Of a stretch of 64,000 nt of DNA, positions 49,025-61,966 are shown piece by piece. This DNA comes from Mobula hypostoma (lineage: Eukaryota): positions 5,580,001 through 5,644,000 of the forward strand of contig NC_086098.1 of NCBI RefSeq assembly GCF_963921235.1, in the 5' to 3' direction. Under the pieces are notes generated by a model. That model saw only the letters and a program-made list of their open reading frames with translations, searched no databases and was not told the origin of the DNA. Each line of letters begins with the position of its first letter. The stretch's first letter is position 1. The translations under genes were made by a program, and so were the position numbers.

Positions 49025-49275
49025 GCGGCATGGTAGTGTAGCAGTTAGCACAATGCTTTTCAGTACAGATGACAAGGGCTCATTTCCTGCTGCCGCCTGT
49101 AAAGACTTCGTACAGTCTCCTCATGATCATGTGTGTTTTCTCCCACAGTCCGAAGATGTATGTGTTGGTAGGTTAACCGGTCAGCGTAAACTCAGATTAA
49201 AACGGGGAATTGCTAGGTAGTGTGGCTCGTTGGGCCAGAAGGGACTTTACCGTGCTGTATGTCAATAAATAAATA
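49025..49275 (+). mobile_element. V-domain tRNA SINE
   Basis: ggcggcatggtagtgtagcagttagc head, tcccacagtccgaagat body and (AAAT)n tail. Confidence 0.75.
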
Positions 49276-49401
49276 ATAAGTAAGTTACAAGACTAGATTC
49301 CTAGTCAGATCGAATCAAAGCCACCCATCATACAAGCCTACCTGTCACAATATTTCCTTGCACACGCCTTTCTGTAGTCTGGTGTGTATCACTTAGCTTT
49401 T

Positions 49402-49955
49402 ACAATACTGTGCAAAAATCTTAGACTAATACATATACAGTAACTAGGGAGTCCAAGACTTTTGCACAGTACTGTAGTAATTTTATTTATTACACTGTAC
49501 TGCTGCTACAAAAAAAAACTAATTTCATGACATATGTGAGTAATGATAAACCTAATTCTGATATGGGTCTCTATTACAGACGGAGAGTAGGAAGTGGGCA
49601 GGGAGAGGGAAATCATGGTGAGGAAAAAGAGGAGGGGAGAGGGGAGGGAGCAGGAAGCACCAGAGAGACACTCTGTAATGATCAATAAACCAATAGTGTG
49701 GAATCAAATAACCATTCATGGTGTCTCAGGGCTGGGTGTGTCTGCACCCATGCCAGCCCTTGACCCGGAACTCCTTCTCTACCATCTGTCCCGCACCTCT
49801 GCCACAGCACACTACCCTCACCATTCCCAACATCCTTTCACTCCTGCGAGATTTACAAACTCACTCTCTGCTCCACGTTGACAAATACCGTGCTGTGCAA
49901 ATGTTTTAGGCACGTTAGCTATACATATGTGGCTAAGACTTCTGCACAGTACTGT
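49402..49955. mobile_element. Tc1-like MITE with duplicated inverted termini
   Basis: tactgtgcaaaaatcttag...aagacttttgcacagtactgta at both ends. Confidence 0.6.
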
Positions 49956-50798
49956 ACTGTATATGATCATACTGATTGTCAGGTAGGCTTGAGGAGAAGG
50001 TTATCCTAATTCTGCCCCTGTTTTCTTGTGTGTGCATTTATGTTCATGCAACTGCCAAACCACCTGAAGCAATAAAGCTTCACTATCACTGATCGACAAT
50101 CAGACCAAAGCCAATTGCAGGAGCCATGCATCTGTTCTCTCTCTGTATTGTGTTATGTTTGTTACGCTAACTAGTCACAGGAGCTGGGGCCTGCTGAGCA
50201 AAGGGAATAAGTTTTGTTCAATAAGTTCATGCTTTGTTCCGGACAGTTTGCAGCTGGGGGCCAACGAATGTCATATCTTCTGTTGACCACTCAGTTATGC
50301 TTAACTTTAACTTTGGTAGGCTTAAGTTTCATTGCTTTAAGATTGTAAGTCTGCAAATTGCTGATAAAGGATCAAATACATACCCCCGACTTTTGGAACA
50401 ATCATTATTGGAGCTGAGGGTGCGTCATCCAAATATAACAAATCTGTCAGGGTTGCCAGCAGCAGCAATTTGTACACTGATGACTATCTTATTAGAAGCA
50501 AATAAGGTTCTAACTTGAATTATTAAAAATAATGTTGAACGTGAGCAAAAGGAAGATAAAGAGAGAAGAAAGAAACAAAAGCTTTATTAATCACATGAAC
50601 ATCAAAACATCCAGCAAAATGTGATGTTTGCATCAGATTCAGATTCAATTTGCGAAGATTGTGTTGGACAGCCTGTAAGTGTCACCACACTTCCCGCACC
50701 AATACAGCCTGCCCACAACTCACCAATCCTAACAATATGTCCTTGCAATGTGGGAGGAAACCGGAGCACCTGGAGGAAACCCACATGGTCACGGACAG

Positions 50799-50957
50799 CA
50801 AACACGAGGAATTCTGCAGATGCTGGAAATTCAAACAACACACATCAAAGTTGCTGGTGAACGCAGCAGGCCAGGCAGTATCTCTAGGAAGACTGTACCT
50901 CTTCCTAGAGATGCTGCCTGGCCTGCTGCGTTCACCAGCAACTTTGATGTGCGTTGC
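50799..50957. mobile_element. Penelope-derived fold-back insert inside a V-SINE
   Basis: 57-nt arms at 50836-50892 and 50900-50956; 13-bp TSD TGGTCAYGGACAG at 50786-50798 and 50958-50970. Confidence 0.85.
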
Positions 50958-51154
50958 TGGTCATGGACAGAACATGCAAGCTCTTTCCAGACAGCGGCAG
51001 GAATTGAACCTGATCAGTGACCGCTCATCATAGCCCTCCAGCTCCCTCCCAACCATCCATGTTGCAACCAAACGCACATCCACCTTTTCCACTGGCAGCT
51101 CATTTCACACTCGTGCTACCATCTGAGTGAAGAAGACTCCCTTCAGCTTTCTCT

Positions 51155-51518
51155 TAAAATCGAATGTTGAAAGGCATTGATAGAGTGGATGAAGAGAGAA
51201 TGTTTCCTGTGGTGGTGGAGTCTAAGGCCAGAGGGCATAGACTCAGAATAGAGGGACATCCTTTTAGAGTGGAGATGAGGAATTTCTTTAGCCAGAGACT
51301 GGTGAATCTGTGGAATCTGTTGCCAGAGGTGGCTGTGAATGCCAAGTCATTGGGTATTTTTAAGGCAGAGGTTGATAGATTCTTGATTAGTCAGGGCATT
51401 AAGAAATATAGGGAGAAGGCAGGAGACTGGGGTTGAGACAGATAATGGACCAGCCGTGAAATGACAGAACAGACTTGATGGGCCAAGTGGCCTAATTCTG
51501 CTTCTATATCTTATGGTC
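51155..51518 (+). mobile_element. CR1 3' fragment
   Basis: ORF 51164-51436. Confidence 0.85.
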
Positions 51519-52189
51519 TTTCACCTTTCACCCTTAACCCTTGATGTCCATTTCCAGTCTCATCCAACCTCAGTGGTGAGTCCAGAGATAGGATCTGTGT
51601 GGACACTTGAACTCCAACACATTTTGGAGTTCCAGCTTTCACCATGCATGTGTGTGCAGAATTCCAGGTGAAAGTAAGCGTGAGCAGAGCCATCGCTCTG
51701 TCAGCACAATTCAGACCACTGTAATCATAAGAAAACTCCAATACTTACAAAGGGAGAGATTGTCAAGTGAAGACATTAAACAGGTTTTATAAATATTAGT
51801 CTCCTTCTTCAATAAATTATCTCTTGATGAAGGCTATCTCAACCCTTTTAGGATCCTGACAATTAATTCATAATCGAGTGATCTACGTGCCTCTAATTAT
51901 GGGTGTAATGTATTGATTTATTTGGTATGTTTTTAGGGTTATCACTCTTACATCAGAACACAGTCAACAATTTTGCTTGGGCAAGTGACCCGATACTTGG
52001 TCGAAGTAGTTCAGTTTTTTTTACTGATGTGTAATTTGTGGGGTGGTGCTTATCTGGTTTAATAAGTAACAACCTCTGCAGCCTCTAATCACTTTTAAAA
52101 CATTATCAGACATTAACGATCTCACAGGAAAATGCGTACTGGAAGAAGCTGGTCACATGGTCTCTGATTGTTCTCCAAGTTACAGATTT

Positions 52190-53650
52190 ATGGAACACTA
52201 CAGCATAGAAACACGCCCTTTGGGCCATCTAGTCTATGTCAGACTCTTATCTTGCCTGGTCCCACCGACCTGCACCTGACTATAGCCCTTAAATTCCTCT
52301 CTTCCATGTACCCATCCAAATTTCTCTTCAATGTTACAATCAAACCCATGTTCACCACTCCCTCTGGCAGCTCATTTCACACTCTCACCACCCTCCGAGT
52401 GAAGAGGTTCTCCTTAACTATCTGACATTTCACCCATGACCCATGACCTTTAGTTCTAGTCTCACCCAACCTCAGACAAAAAAGACTGCTTGCATTTCCC
52501 CTCTCTATACCCTTCATAATTTTGTACCCCTCTATCAAATCGCCTCTCAATCTTCTACGTTCTAGGGAATAAAGTCCCTACCTATTCAATCTTTCCCTGT
52601 AACTGAGGTCTTCCAGTCACAACATCCTCGTAAATTTTCTCTGTACTCTTTCAATCTTATTGCTATCTCTCCTGTAGGTAGGTAGGCACACAATACTTCA
52701 GACTGAACCTCACCAACTTCAACACAACATTCGAACCCCTGTACACAATACTGAGGTTTATGTAGACCAATGTACCAAAAGCTCTCTTAACAATCCTATC
52801 TACTTGTGATGCCATTTTCAAGAAATTATGGATCTATATTCCATACAGGACTATGGAAATGCAGAAGTGAGTGTAAAAGACCATAAGACCATAAGATATT
52901 GCAGCAGAATTAGGCCATTCATCCCATCAAGTCTGCTTCCCTATTTTATCATGGCTGATCCATTATTCTCTCAACCCCAATCTCCTGCCTCCCCTGCCTG
53001 CAACACTTCATGCCCTGACTAATCAAGAATCTATTAACCTCGCCTTAAGTACTCTCAATGACCTGGCCTCCACAGTTGCCTGTGCAATGAATTCCACATA
53101 TTCACCATGCTCCAGCCAAAGGAATTCCTCATCTCTGTTCTAAATCGATGTCCCTCTATTCTAAGCTTTTGCCTTCTGGTCCTAGACTTCCCCACTATAG
53201 GAAACATCTGCTCCACATCCACTCTATAAAGGCCTTTCAACATTTGATGGGTTTCAATGAGGTCATCTCTCATTCTTCTGAATTCTCATGAGTAGAAGCC
53301 CAAAGCCATCAAATGCTCCTCATATGAAAAACCTTTCAATCCTGGAATCATTTTTGTGAACCTCCTTTGAACATGCTCCAATTTCAACACATCTTTTTTT
53401 AGATAAGGGGCCCAAAACTGCTCACAATACTCCAAGTGAGACTTCACCAGTGCTTTATAAAACCTCAGCATTACATCTTTGTTTTCATATCCTAGTCCTC
53501 TTGAAATGAATTGCATGTGCTTTCCTCACCAATGACTAAACCTGCAAATTAACCTTTGAGGAATACTGCATGAGGACTCCCAAGTCCCTTTGACCTCAGA
53601 TGTTTAAATTTTCTCCCCATTTAGAAAACAGTCTACACTTTTATTAATTC
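52190..53650 (-). mobile_element. Two adjacent CR1 3' fragments (about 52190-52825 and 52878-53650)
   Basis: FISRGLGYENKDVMLRFYKALVKSHLEYCEQFWAPYLKKD; two separate CR1 tails. Confidence 0.85.
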
Positions 53651-54396
53651 TTAAAGGGAAATCAGGAAGCAAGGTGGACAATTAAAAGAGGAAAATCGTG
53701 AGAATATTTATCAGTATACAAATTGAAAAAGGATAACAAAGAAATGTTTAGGTCCCATCAGAGTATAAAGTATGTGAGGAGGTGGAGGATCTGTAGTTGC
53801 ATATTGTATGTGCATATTTTGTTGGATTGTGATGTTGAATTGTTATTTTTCTTGTGGTTTCCTGCGCTTGCTCACTGATAAACATATACAATAATTCTTC
53901 AGTGGATTTTCCAGCAATTCCAGTATAATGCTTCTGTATTTTTCTAGAAGCTTCTCAGTTTTCAGTAGCGGGTATCACACCACTTGAATCTAGCTATTTT
54001 ATAGGTTCATTGTTAATTTTATAGTCAATGGAATTTAGTTTATCTCTGGTCTGAGCATGAGATAACCACGACTGTTCTTTTCTTTCTGTACTCGGCTCCT
54101 CCTTTGTGTTTGTTTTCTGATCTTGTAACATGGTATAAAAATCACAAGCAACAAGTTTCATGCCTCATTCTTGACTCTGAAGAACTTTTGGATGGCAAAG
54201 CATTATGATCCAACAATTGTATATACAAGATGCTGCAGATGCTGGATCCTGAAGCAAAAACAAAAGGCTGGGGGTTTGCCAGCCTCTGTACAGCCAATGT
54301 TTCAGGTTCAACTGAAATGTCTTGACCTGAAATATCAATTAACATACCTTGCTAATGAGAGAGGTCAGACCTGACAGGAAAAGACCAGAAACTTGA

Positions 54397-54933
54397 ACTC
54401 GGTGGCCACTTTATTCGAGGAAGTACCTAACAAAGTTGAGGTGGTGGGATGGAGATATGTCTTGACCAGAGGAGGTGTAAGGTGCTCCTTCTCTCCACTG
54501 GCCTGCAGGTCACTCTCAGGCCCTGCTTATCCCCTGATCAGGGTCATGTGAAGCTATGAGAGCAAGTGGTGCTTTAACTTAACTATTTTATATACAGTAT
54601 ACTTAACAAAATACGTGGGTTTTTTCCTATATTTGTCATGTATTGCATTATACTGCTGCCGGAACAAATTTCACAACATATGCCAGAGATATTAAACCTA
54701 TATTCTGATTCTGGTTCTGCAACCCCTGACGCCAGGCAGACATTTCTGAACAGTGTTGATAATGGCTGGGGTCACCCATCTTGTAAAGACACTGCCCAGA
54801 AGAAGGCAATGGCAAATCACTTCTGTAGAAAATTTTGCTAACAGCATTCATGGTCAAAGACCATGATCACCCATGTCATATGACATGGCACATCATGATG
54901 GTGATGACCTAATAAAGTGGCCACTAAGTGTAT
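54397..54933. mobile_element. Tc1-like MITE containing an RTE/Bov-A-like non-autonomous element
   Basis: TIRs ggtggccactttatt and taataaagtggccactaagtgta; internal gaagaaggcaatggcaaatcacttctgtagaaaa with an (ATG)n tail. Confidence 0.6.
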
Positions 54934-54964
54934 ATTCAATGGTCTAGTTGACACAACAGTAAGA

Positions 54965-55490
54965 CAACCAACACACACAAAATGCCAAAGGAACTCAGCA
55001 GTTTGGGTAGAATCTATGGAGAAGAATAAAGATTTGATGTCTTGGGCTGAAATCCTTCTTCAGGACTGGAAAGGAAAGGGGAAGAAGCTGGAATAAGGTG
55101 GAGGGTGGGGGGTGGAGAATGAAGTGAGAAGCTGGGAGGTGATAGGTGGAAAAGGTAAAGGACTGAAGGAGAAGAAGGAATCTGATAGGAGAGGAGAATG
55201 GATGATGGGAGAAAGGGAAGGAGGAGGAGCACTGGAGCAGTTGAGGAGAAAACAAAGGGTAAGGGGGGGCATTCAGAGTGGGGAATGGAAATGGAAAGAG
55301 TACGGTGAAGAAATTACCAGAAGTTGGAGCAATTGATGTTACCCCTTCCTTTCCAGTCCTCATGAAGGGTCTTGGTCCAAAACATTGTCTCTTCTTTTCT
55401 CTCCATAGATGCTGCCTGACCTGTTGAGTTTCTCCAACATTTTGCATGCATTGCTCTGGATTTCCGGCATTTACAGAATCTCATTGTGTT
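54965..55490. mobile_element. Penelope family A inverted pLTR pair
   Basis: Decayed hammerheads on both strands (about 55035-55068 minus and 55353-55390 plus). Confidence 0.75.
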
Positions 55491-55629
55491 TAGTAAGAGG
55501 ATCAGCCTTTGACATACTTTTAGGGAACATGTGTATTAGACAGAATGTTATATTCCTAGTTATCTTTTTCCTATATCAGTATATAAAACAAATTGTCAAG
55601 CACACATCCATATCTTGGCAACTTATCGT

Positions 55630-55915
55630 GGGGCTCCATGATAGTGTAGCAGTTAGTGCAATGCTATTACAGCTCTGGACATCAGATTATGGAGTTCAAT
55701 CCCAGCATCTTCTTTAAGGAGTTTCTGTATATTCTCCCTGTGGAATGCATGGGTTTTCCCTAGATGCTCCAGTTTCCTCCCACAGTCCAAAGATGTACCA
55801 GATAGGTTAACTGGTCATTGCAAATTGTCCAGTGATTAGTGTTAAATCAGGATTGCCAGGGTGGCCTAGCTCAAGGACTGGAAACACCCACTCTGCACTG
55901 CATCTCTAAGAAAAT
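55630..55915 (+). mobile_element. V-domain tRNA SINE
   Basis: Box B ggagttcaatcc; V body gggttttccctagatgctccagtttcctcccacagtccaaagat. Confidence 0.75.
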
Positions 55916-57917
55916 GAAAAAATAAACTTTGATCTGAAAACTAATTTGATGTTTTTTTTCGTGGCGAATACCAATAGATGGATAGAGTTGATTGGGTAAG
56001 TGCACAATGGTCAAATGAGCTGTTAAAATACATTTTCAGGTGTAAGAATTCGGCTGTTAATACGGGCCAGTATTTGTGTTATTTTTCTATATGTGTTACA
56101 TACCATGTGAACTTTCAAGGTATCCTGGACTCACTGGTCTGATGAAAGGTTTCTTTGTCATATTTGTCCTCTGTACCTTCTCCAACACTTTCCTCATTAA
56201 GAGGTGAGTACTTCAAGATTGAATATTCAAGATTGTTTAATGTCATTTCCAGTATACTAGTGTAAAGGAGAACAAAATAATTGTTACTCTCGATCTGATG
56301 CAGCACAAAAACACAATAAGATAAAGAACACAATAATAAAAACATAATAAATATAAATACACAAGATAGCTTATATACATTGATTTTATGTCCATGAAGT
56401 GACACTAGGCACAGCTGACTCTGACAGGAAATGATACAGTAGAGGTGGTTGGGGGTGTGGAGGGGTGTTTCGTGGGTGGAGCTGTTGATCAGCCTTACTG
56501 CTTTGAAAAAAGTAACTGTTCCTGTGTCTGCTGATCCTGGGTTTGAAGCTATGTAGCCTCCTCCCTGATGGGAGTGGAACAAACAGTTCACGAGCAAAGT
56601 GGGTGGGATAGTTCATGATATTACTGGCCCTTTTCCAAAATCTTTCTGTTTACATGTCCTTGGTGGTGGGTAGACTGGTGTCAGTGATGCATTCTCTTAC
56701 TGTTTTATGCCTTCTCCAGACACATTGCTGTCTGCTTGGCAGTGTGTTACAGGATGCAGAACATCTCCAAGACACCCCAGAGAGTACTGATGACAGCTTC
56801 CTCACCAAACCCTTCATTTATCATGTTTCTTCAATATTCCAGACCTTTGGTCTATGACACCCCTGCTGGCTATTTTGATCCTTATGTAGCCTTATTTGCG
56901 CCTCACAAATACCGTGAGGTGAATTTGAAGAGGATTTCCATTGTTGCCCGCAAACCTTAGCTTTGTTTTTGGTACAAAGTGTGAGAATATTTGGGATGTT
57001 TCAATGTTACTTCTTCAACGATTTGAACGGGGCAAGCGTGTGGACGTCAGCCAGTGAAAATAGCCAGAAGAGTTTAAAAAGACAGATTTATACAGCGGGC
57101 GTCAGAGTAGAGGGCATCAGAGTAGAAGGCTTTGGCTCAACGGGGTTTCAGCGATTAACGGGTCGAGGCAAGGTAGGTTATCTGTGTAGAATACAGGCAG
57201 AAAGCATGTTTGTGAGGCCGGTCTTTTTGTGCTCGGTGTCAGATGGAGACTCCCGGCCTTCCGGACAGCCACATCTGCACCAGGTGTGTCGAGCTGCAGC
57301 TCCTTAGAGACCGCATTAGGGAACTGGAGATGCAGCTTGATCACATTCCTCTGGTCAGGGAGAGTGAGGAGGTGATAGAGAGGAGCTACAGGCAAGTAGT
57401 CACTCCAGGGCCTGGGGAGACAGATCAGGTGGGTAACAGTCAGGAGAGGGAAGGGTAAGAAGCAGGTACTAGAGAGAACCCCAGTGGCTGTCCCCCTTAA
57501 CAATAAGTATTCCTGTGAATACCGTTGGGGGAGATGGCCTACCTGGGGGAAGCAACAGTGGCTGTGCCTCTGGCACAGAGTCTGGCCCCGTGGCTCAGAA
57601 GGGTATGGAAAGGAAGAAGATGGAAGCAGTGATAGGGGACTCTATAGTTAGGGGGTCAGACAGGCGATTCTGTGGATGCAGGAAAGAAACATGGATGGTA
57701 GTTTGCCTCCCAGGTGCGAGGGTCCGGGATGTTTCTGATCACGTCCATGATACCTTGAAGTGGGAAGGAGAACAGCCAGAAGTCGTGGTATATATTGGTA
57801 CCAATGGCATAGGTAGGAAAAGGGAGGAGGTCCTGAAAACAGAGTTAGAAAGGAAGATGAGAAGCAGGACCACAAAGGTAGGCACCTCAGGATTACTGGC
57901 AAAGGCAGTGAGTATCA

Positions 57918-58140
57918 GAATAGAATAGAACATAGAATAGTACAGCACAGCACAGGCCCTTTGGCCCACAATGTTGTGCTGACCCTTAAACCCTATCTCC
58001 CATATAACCTCTCCTCCTTATATTCCTCCATACACCTGTCTAGTAGTCTCTTAAATTTCACTAGTGTATCTGCCTCCACCACTGACTCAGGAGTGCATTC
58101 CACGCACCAACCACTCTGAGTAAAAAACCTTCCTCTAATT
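57918..58140 (-). mobile_element. CR1 3' fragment at a deletion junction of the host CR1
   Basis: Same subfamily as 40953-41551. Confidence 0.85.
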
Positions 58141-58248
58141 TCTTTTTATAGACCACCCAATAGTAACAGGGACATAGAGGAGCAGATAGGGAGACAGATT
58201 CTGCAAAGGTGTAATACTAATAGAGTTGTAATGGTGGAAAATTTTAAT

Positions 58249-61200
58249 TATGATGTAGTGGCCATTACAGAGACTTGGCTGGCACCAGGGCAGGAATGGA
58301 TTCTCAATATTCCTGGATTTCAGTGCTTTAAAAGGGATAGAGAGGGCGGAAAAAGGGGAGGACGGGTGGCATTACTGGTCAGGGATACTATTACAGCTAC
58401 AGAAAGGGTGAGTAATGTAGCAAGATCCTCTTTTGAGTCAGTATGGGTGGAAGTCAGGAACAGGAAGGGAGCAGTTACTCTATTGGGGGTATTCTATAGG
58501 CCCCCTGGTAGCAGAGGAGCAGATTGGGAGGCAGATTTTGGAAAGGTGCAAAAATAACAGGGTTGTTATTATGGGTGACTTTAACTTCCCTAATATTGAT
58601 TGGCACCTGATTAGTTCCAAGGGTTTAGATGGGGCAGAGTTTGTTAAGTGTGTCCAGGACAGATTCCTGTCACAGTATGTGAATAGGCCGACCAGGGGGA
58701 ATGCCAGACTAGAAATAGTACTAGATAATGAACCGGGTCAGGTCACAGATCTCTCAGTGGGTGAGCATCTGGGGGACAGTGACCACCGCTCCCTGGCCTT
58801 TAGCATTATCATGGAAAAGGATAGAATCAGAGAGGACAGGAAAATTTTAAATTGGGGAAAGGCAAATTATGAGGCTATAAGGCTAGAACTTGCAGGTGTG
58901 AATTGGGATGATGTTTTTGCAGGGAAATGTACTATGGACATGTGGTCGATGTTTAGAGATCTCTTGTGGGATGTTAGGGATAAATTTGTCCAGGATAAAT
59001 TTGTCCCGGTGAGGAAGATAAAGAATGGTAGGGTGAAAGAACCATGGTTGACAAGTGAGGTGGAAAATCTAGTCAGGTGGAAGAAGGCAGCATACATGAG
59101 GTTTAGGAAGCAAGGTTCAGATGGGACTTTTGAGGAATATAGGGAAGCACGAAAGGAGCATTAGAAGGGGCTGAGAAGAGCAAGAAGGGGGCATGAGAAG
59201 GCCTTGACGACTAGGGTAAAGGAAAACCCCAAGGCATTCTTCAATTATGTGAAAAAAAGGATGACAGAACTGAAGGTAGGACCGATTAGAGATAAAGGTG
59301 GGAAGATGTGGGAAGGTCCCGCATGGGAGGTTAGTTAGGAAAATTCAGTCGCTAGGTATACATGGAGAGGTGGTAAATTGGATTAGACATTGGCTCGATG
59401 GAAGAAGCCAGAGAGTGGTGGTAGAGAATTGCTTCTCTGAGTGGAGGCCTGTGACTAGTGGTGTGCCACAGGGATCAGTGCTGGGTCCATTGTTACTTGT
59501 CATCTATATCAATGATCTGGATGATAATGTGGTAAATTGGATCAGCAAGTTTGCTGATGATACAAAGATTGGAGGTGTAGTAGACAGTGAGGAAGGTTTT
59601 CAGAGCCTGCAGAGGGACTTGGACCAGCTGGAAAAATGGGCTGAAAAATGGCAGATGGAGTTTAATACTGACAAGTGTGAGGTATTGCATGTTGGAAGGA
59701 CAAACCAACGTAGAACATACAGGGTTAATGATAAGGCACTGAGGAGTGCAGTGGAACAGAGGGATCTGGGAATACAGATACAAAATTCCCTAAAAGTGGC
59801 GTCACAGGTAGATAGGGTTGTAAAGAGAGCTTTTGGTACATTGGCCTTTATTAATCAAAGTATTGAGTATACAAGAATGTTGCCGGGACTTGAGAAACTC
59901 AGTTACAGAGAAAGGTTGAATAGGTTGGGACTTTATTCCCTAGAGTGTAGAAGAATGAGGGGAGATTTGATAGAGGTATATAAAATTATGATGGGTATAG
60001 ATAGAGTGAATGCAAGCAGGCTTTTTCCACTGAGGCAAGGGGAGAAAAAAACCAGAGGACATGGGTTAAGGGTGAGGGGGGAAATGTTTAAAGGGAACAT
60101 TAGGGGGGGCTTCTTCACACAGAGTGGTGGGAGTATGGAATGAGCTGCCAGACGAGGTGGTAAATGTGGGTTCTTTTTTAACATTTAAGAATAAATTGGA
60201 CAGATACATGGATGGGAGGTGTATGGAGGGATATGGTCCGTGTGCAGGTCAGTGGGACTAGGCAGAAAATGGTTCGGCACAGCCAAGAAGGGCCAAAAGG
60301 CCTGTTTCTGTGCTGTAGTTTCTATGGTTTCTATGGTTTCTATGTGCCTGGAGGCTGTGGAAGTGAGCGAGGTCCTCAATGAATACTTCTCTTTGGTATT
60401 CACCAATGAGAGGGAACTTGATGATGGTGAGGACAATATGAGTGAGGTTGATGTTCTGAAGCATGTTGATATTAAGGGAGAGGAGGTGTTGGAGTTGTTA
60501 AAATACATTAGGACAGATAAGCCTCAGGGCCTGACGGAATATTCCCCAGGCTGCTTCACAAGGCGAGAGAAGAGATTGCTGAGCCTCTGGCTAGGATCCT
60601 TATGTCTTCGTTGTCCACGGGAATGGTACCGGAGGATTGGAGGGAGGCGAATGTTGTCCCCTTGTTCAAAAAAGTTAGTAGGGATAGTCCGGGTAATTAT
60701 AGACCAGTGAGCCTTACGTCTGTGGTGGGAAAGCTGTTGGGAAAGATTCTTAGAGATGGGATCTATGGGCATTTAGAGAATCATGGTCTGATCAGGGACG
60801 GTCAGCATGACTTTGTGAAGGGCAGATCGTGTCTAACAAGCCTGATGGAGTTCTTTGAGGAGGTGACCAGGCATATAGATGAGCATGGGATCCAGGGAAG
60901 TTTGGCCAGGTGGATTCAGGATTGGCTTGCCTGCAGAAAGCAGAGGGTCGTGGTGGAGGGAGTACGTTCAGATTGGAGGATTGTGACTAGTGGTGTCCCA
61001 CAAGGATCTGTTCTGGGACCTCTAATTTTCGTGATTTTTATTAACAATCTGGATGTGGGGGTAGAAGGGTGGGTTGGCAAGTTTGCAGATGACACAAAGG
61101 TTGGTGGTGTTGTAGATAGTGTAGAGGATTGTCAAAGATTGCAGAGAGACATTGATAGGATGCAGAAGTGGGCTGAGAAGTGGCAGATGGAGTTCAACCC

Positions 61201-61966
61201 GGAGAAGTGTGAGGTGGTACACTTTGGAAGGACAAGCTCCAAGGCAGAGTACAAAGTAAATGGCAGGATACTTGGTAGTGTGGAGGAGCAGAGGGATCTC
61301 GGGGTACATGTCCACAGATCCCTGAAAGTTGCCTCACAGGTAGATAGGGTAGTTAAGAAAGCTTATGGGGTGTTAGCTTTCATAAGTCAAGGGATAGAGT
61401 TTAAGAGTCGCGATGTAATGATTCAGTGGTTAGGCCACACTTGGAGTACTGTGTCCAGTTCTGGTCACCTCACTATAGGAAGGATATAGAAGCATTGGAA
61501 AGGGTACGGAGGAGATTTACCAGGATGCTGCCTGGTTTAGAAAGTATGCATTATGATCAGAGATTAAGGGAGCTAGGGCTTTACTCTTTGGAGAGAAGGA
61601 GGATGAGAGGAGACATGATAGAGGTGTACAAGATAATAAGAGGAATAGATAGAGTGGATAGCCAGCGCCTCTTCCCCAGGGCACCACTGCTCAATACAAG
61701 AGGACATGGCTTTAAGGTAAGGGGTGGAAAGTTCAAGGGGGATATTAGAGGAAGGTTTTTTACTCAGAGAGTGGTTGGTGCGTGGAATGAACTGTCTGAG
61801 TCAGTGGTGGAGGCAGATACACTAGTGAAATTTAAGAGACTACTAGACAGGTATATGGAGGAATCTAAGGTGGGGGCTTATATGGGAGGAGGGTTTGAGG
61901 GTCGGCACAACATTGTGGGCCGAAGGGCCTGTACTGTGCTGTACTAATCTATGTCTATGTCTATGT
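58249..61966 (+). mobile_element. CR1 ORF2 (EN + RT) inserted into the host endonuclease
   Basis: YDVVAITETWL, MGDFNFPNIDW, SDH, NYRPVSLTS, KFADDTK; (CTATGT)n tail. Confidence 0.88.
59311..60341 (+). mobile_element. CR1 RT 3' fragment nested in the preceding CR1
   Basis: ORF 59298-60143; 5-bp TSD ATGTG at 59306-59310 and 60342-60346; (TTCTATGGT)n tail. Confidence 0.9.

Noticed and set aside
50234..50518. 94-aa ORF in unique sequence
   Set aside because: Non-ATG start, no recognisable domain, and a length expected by chance
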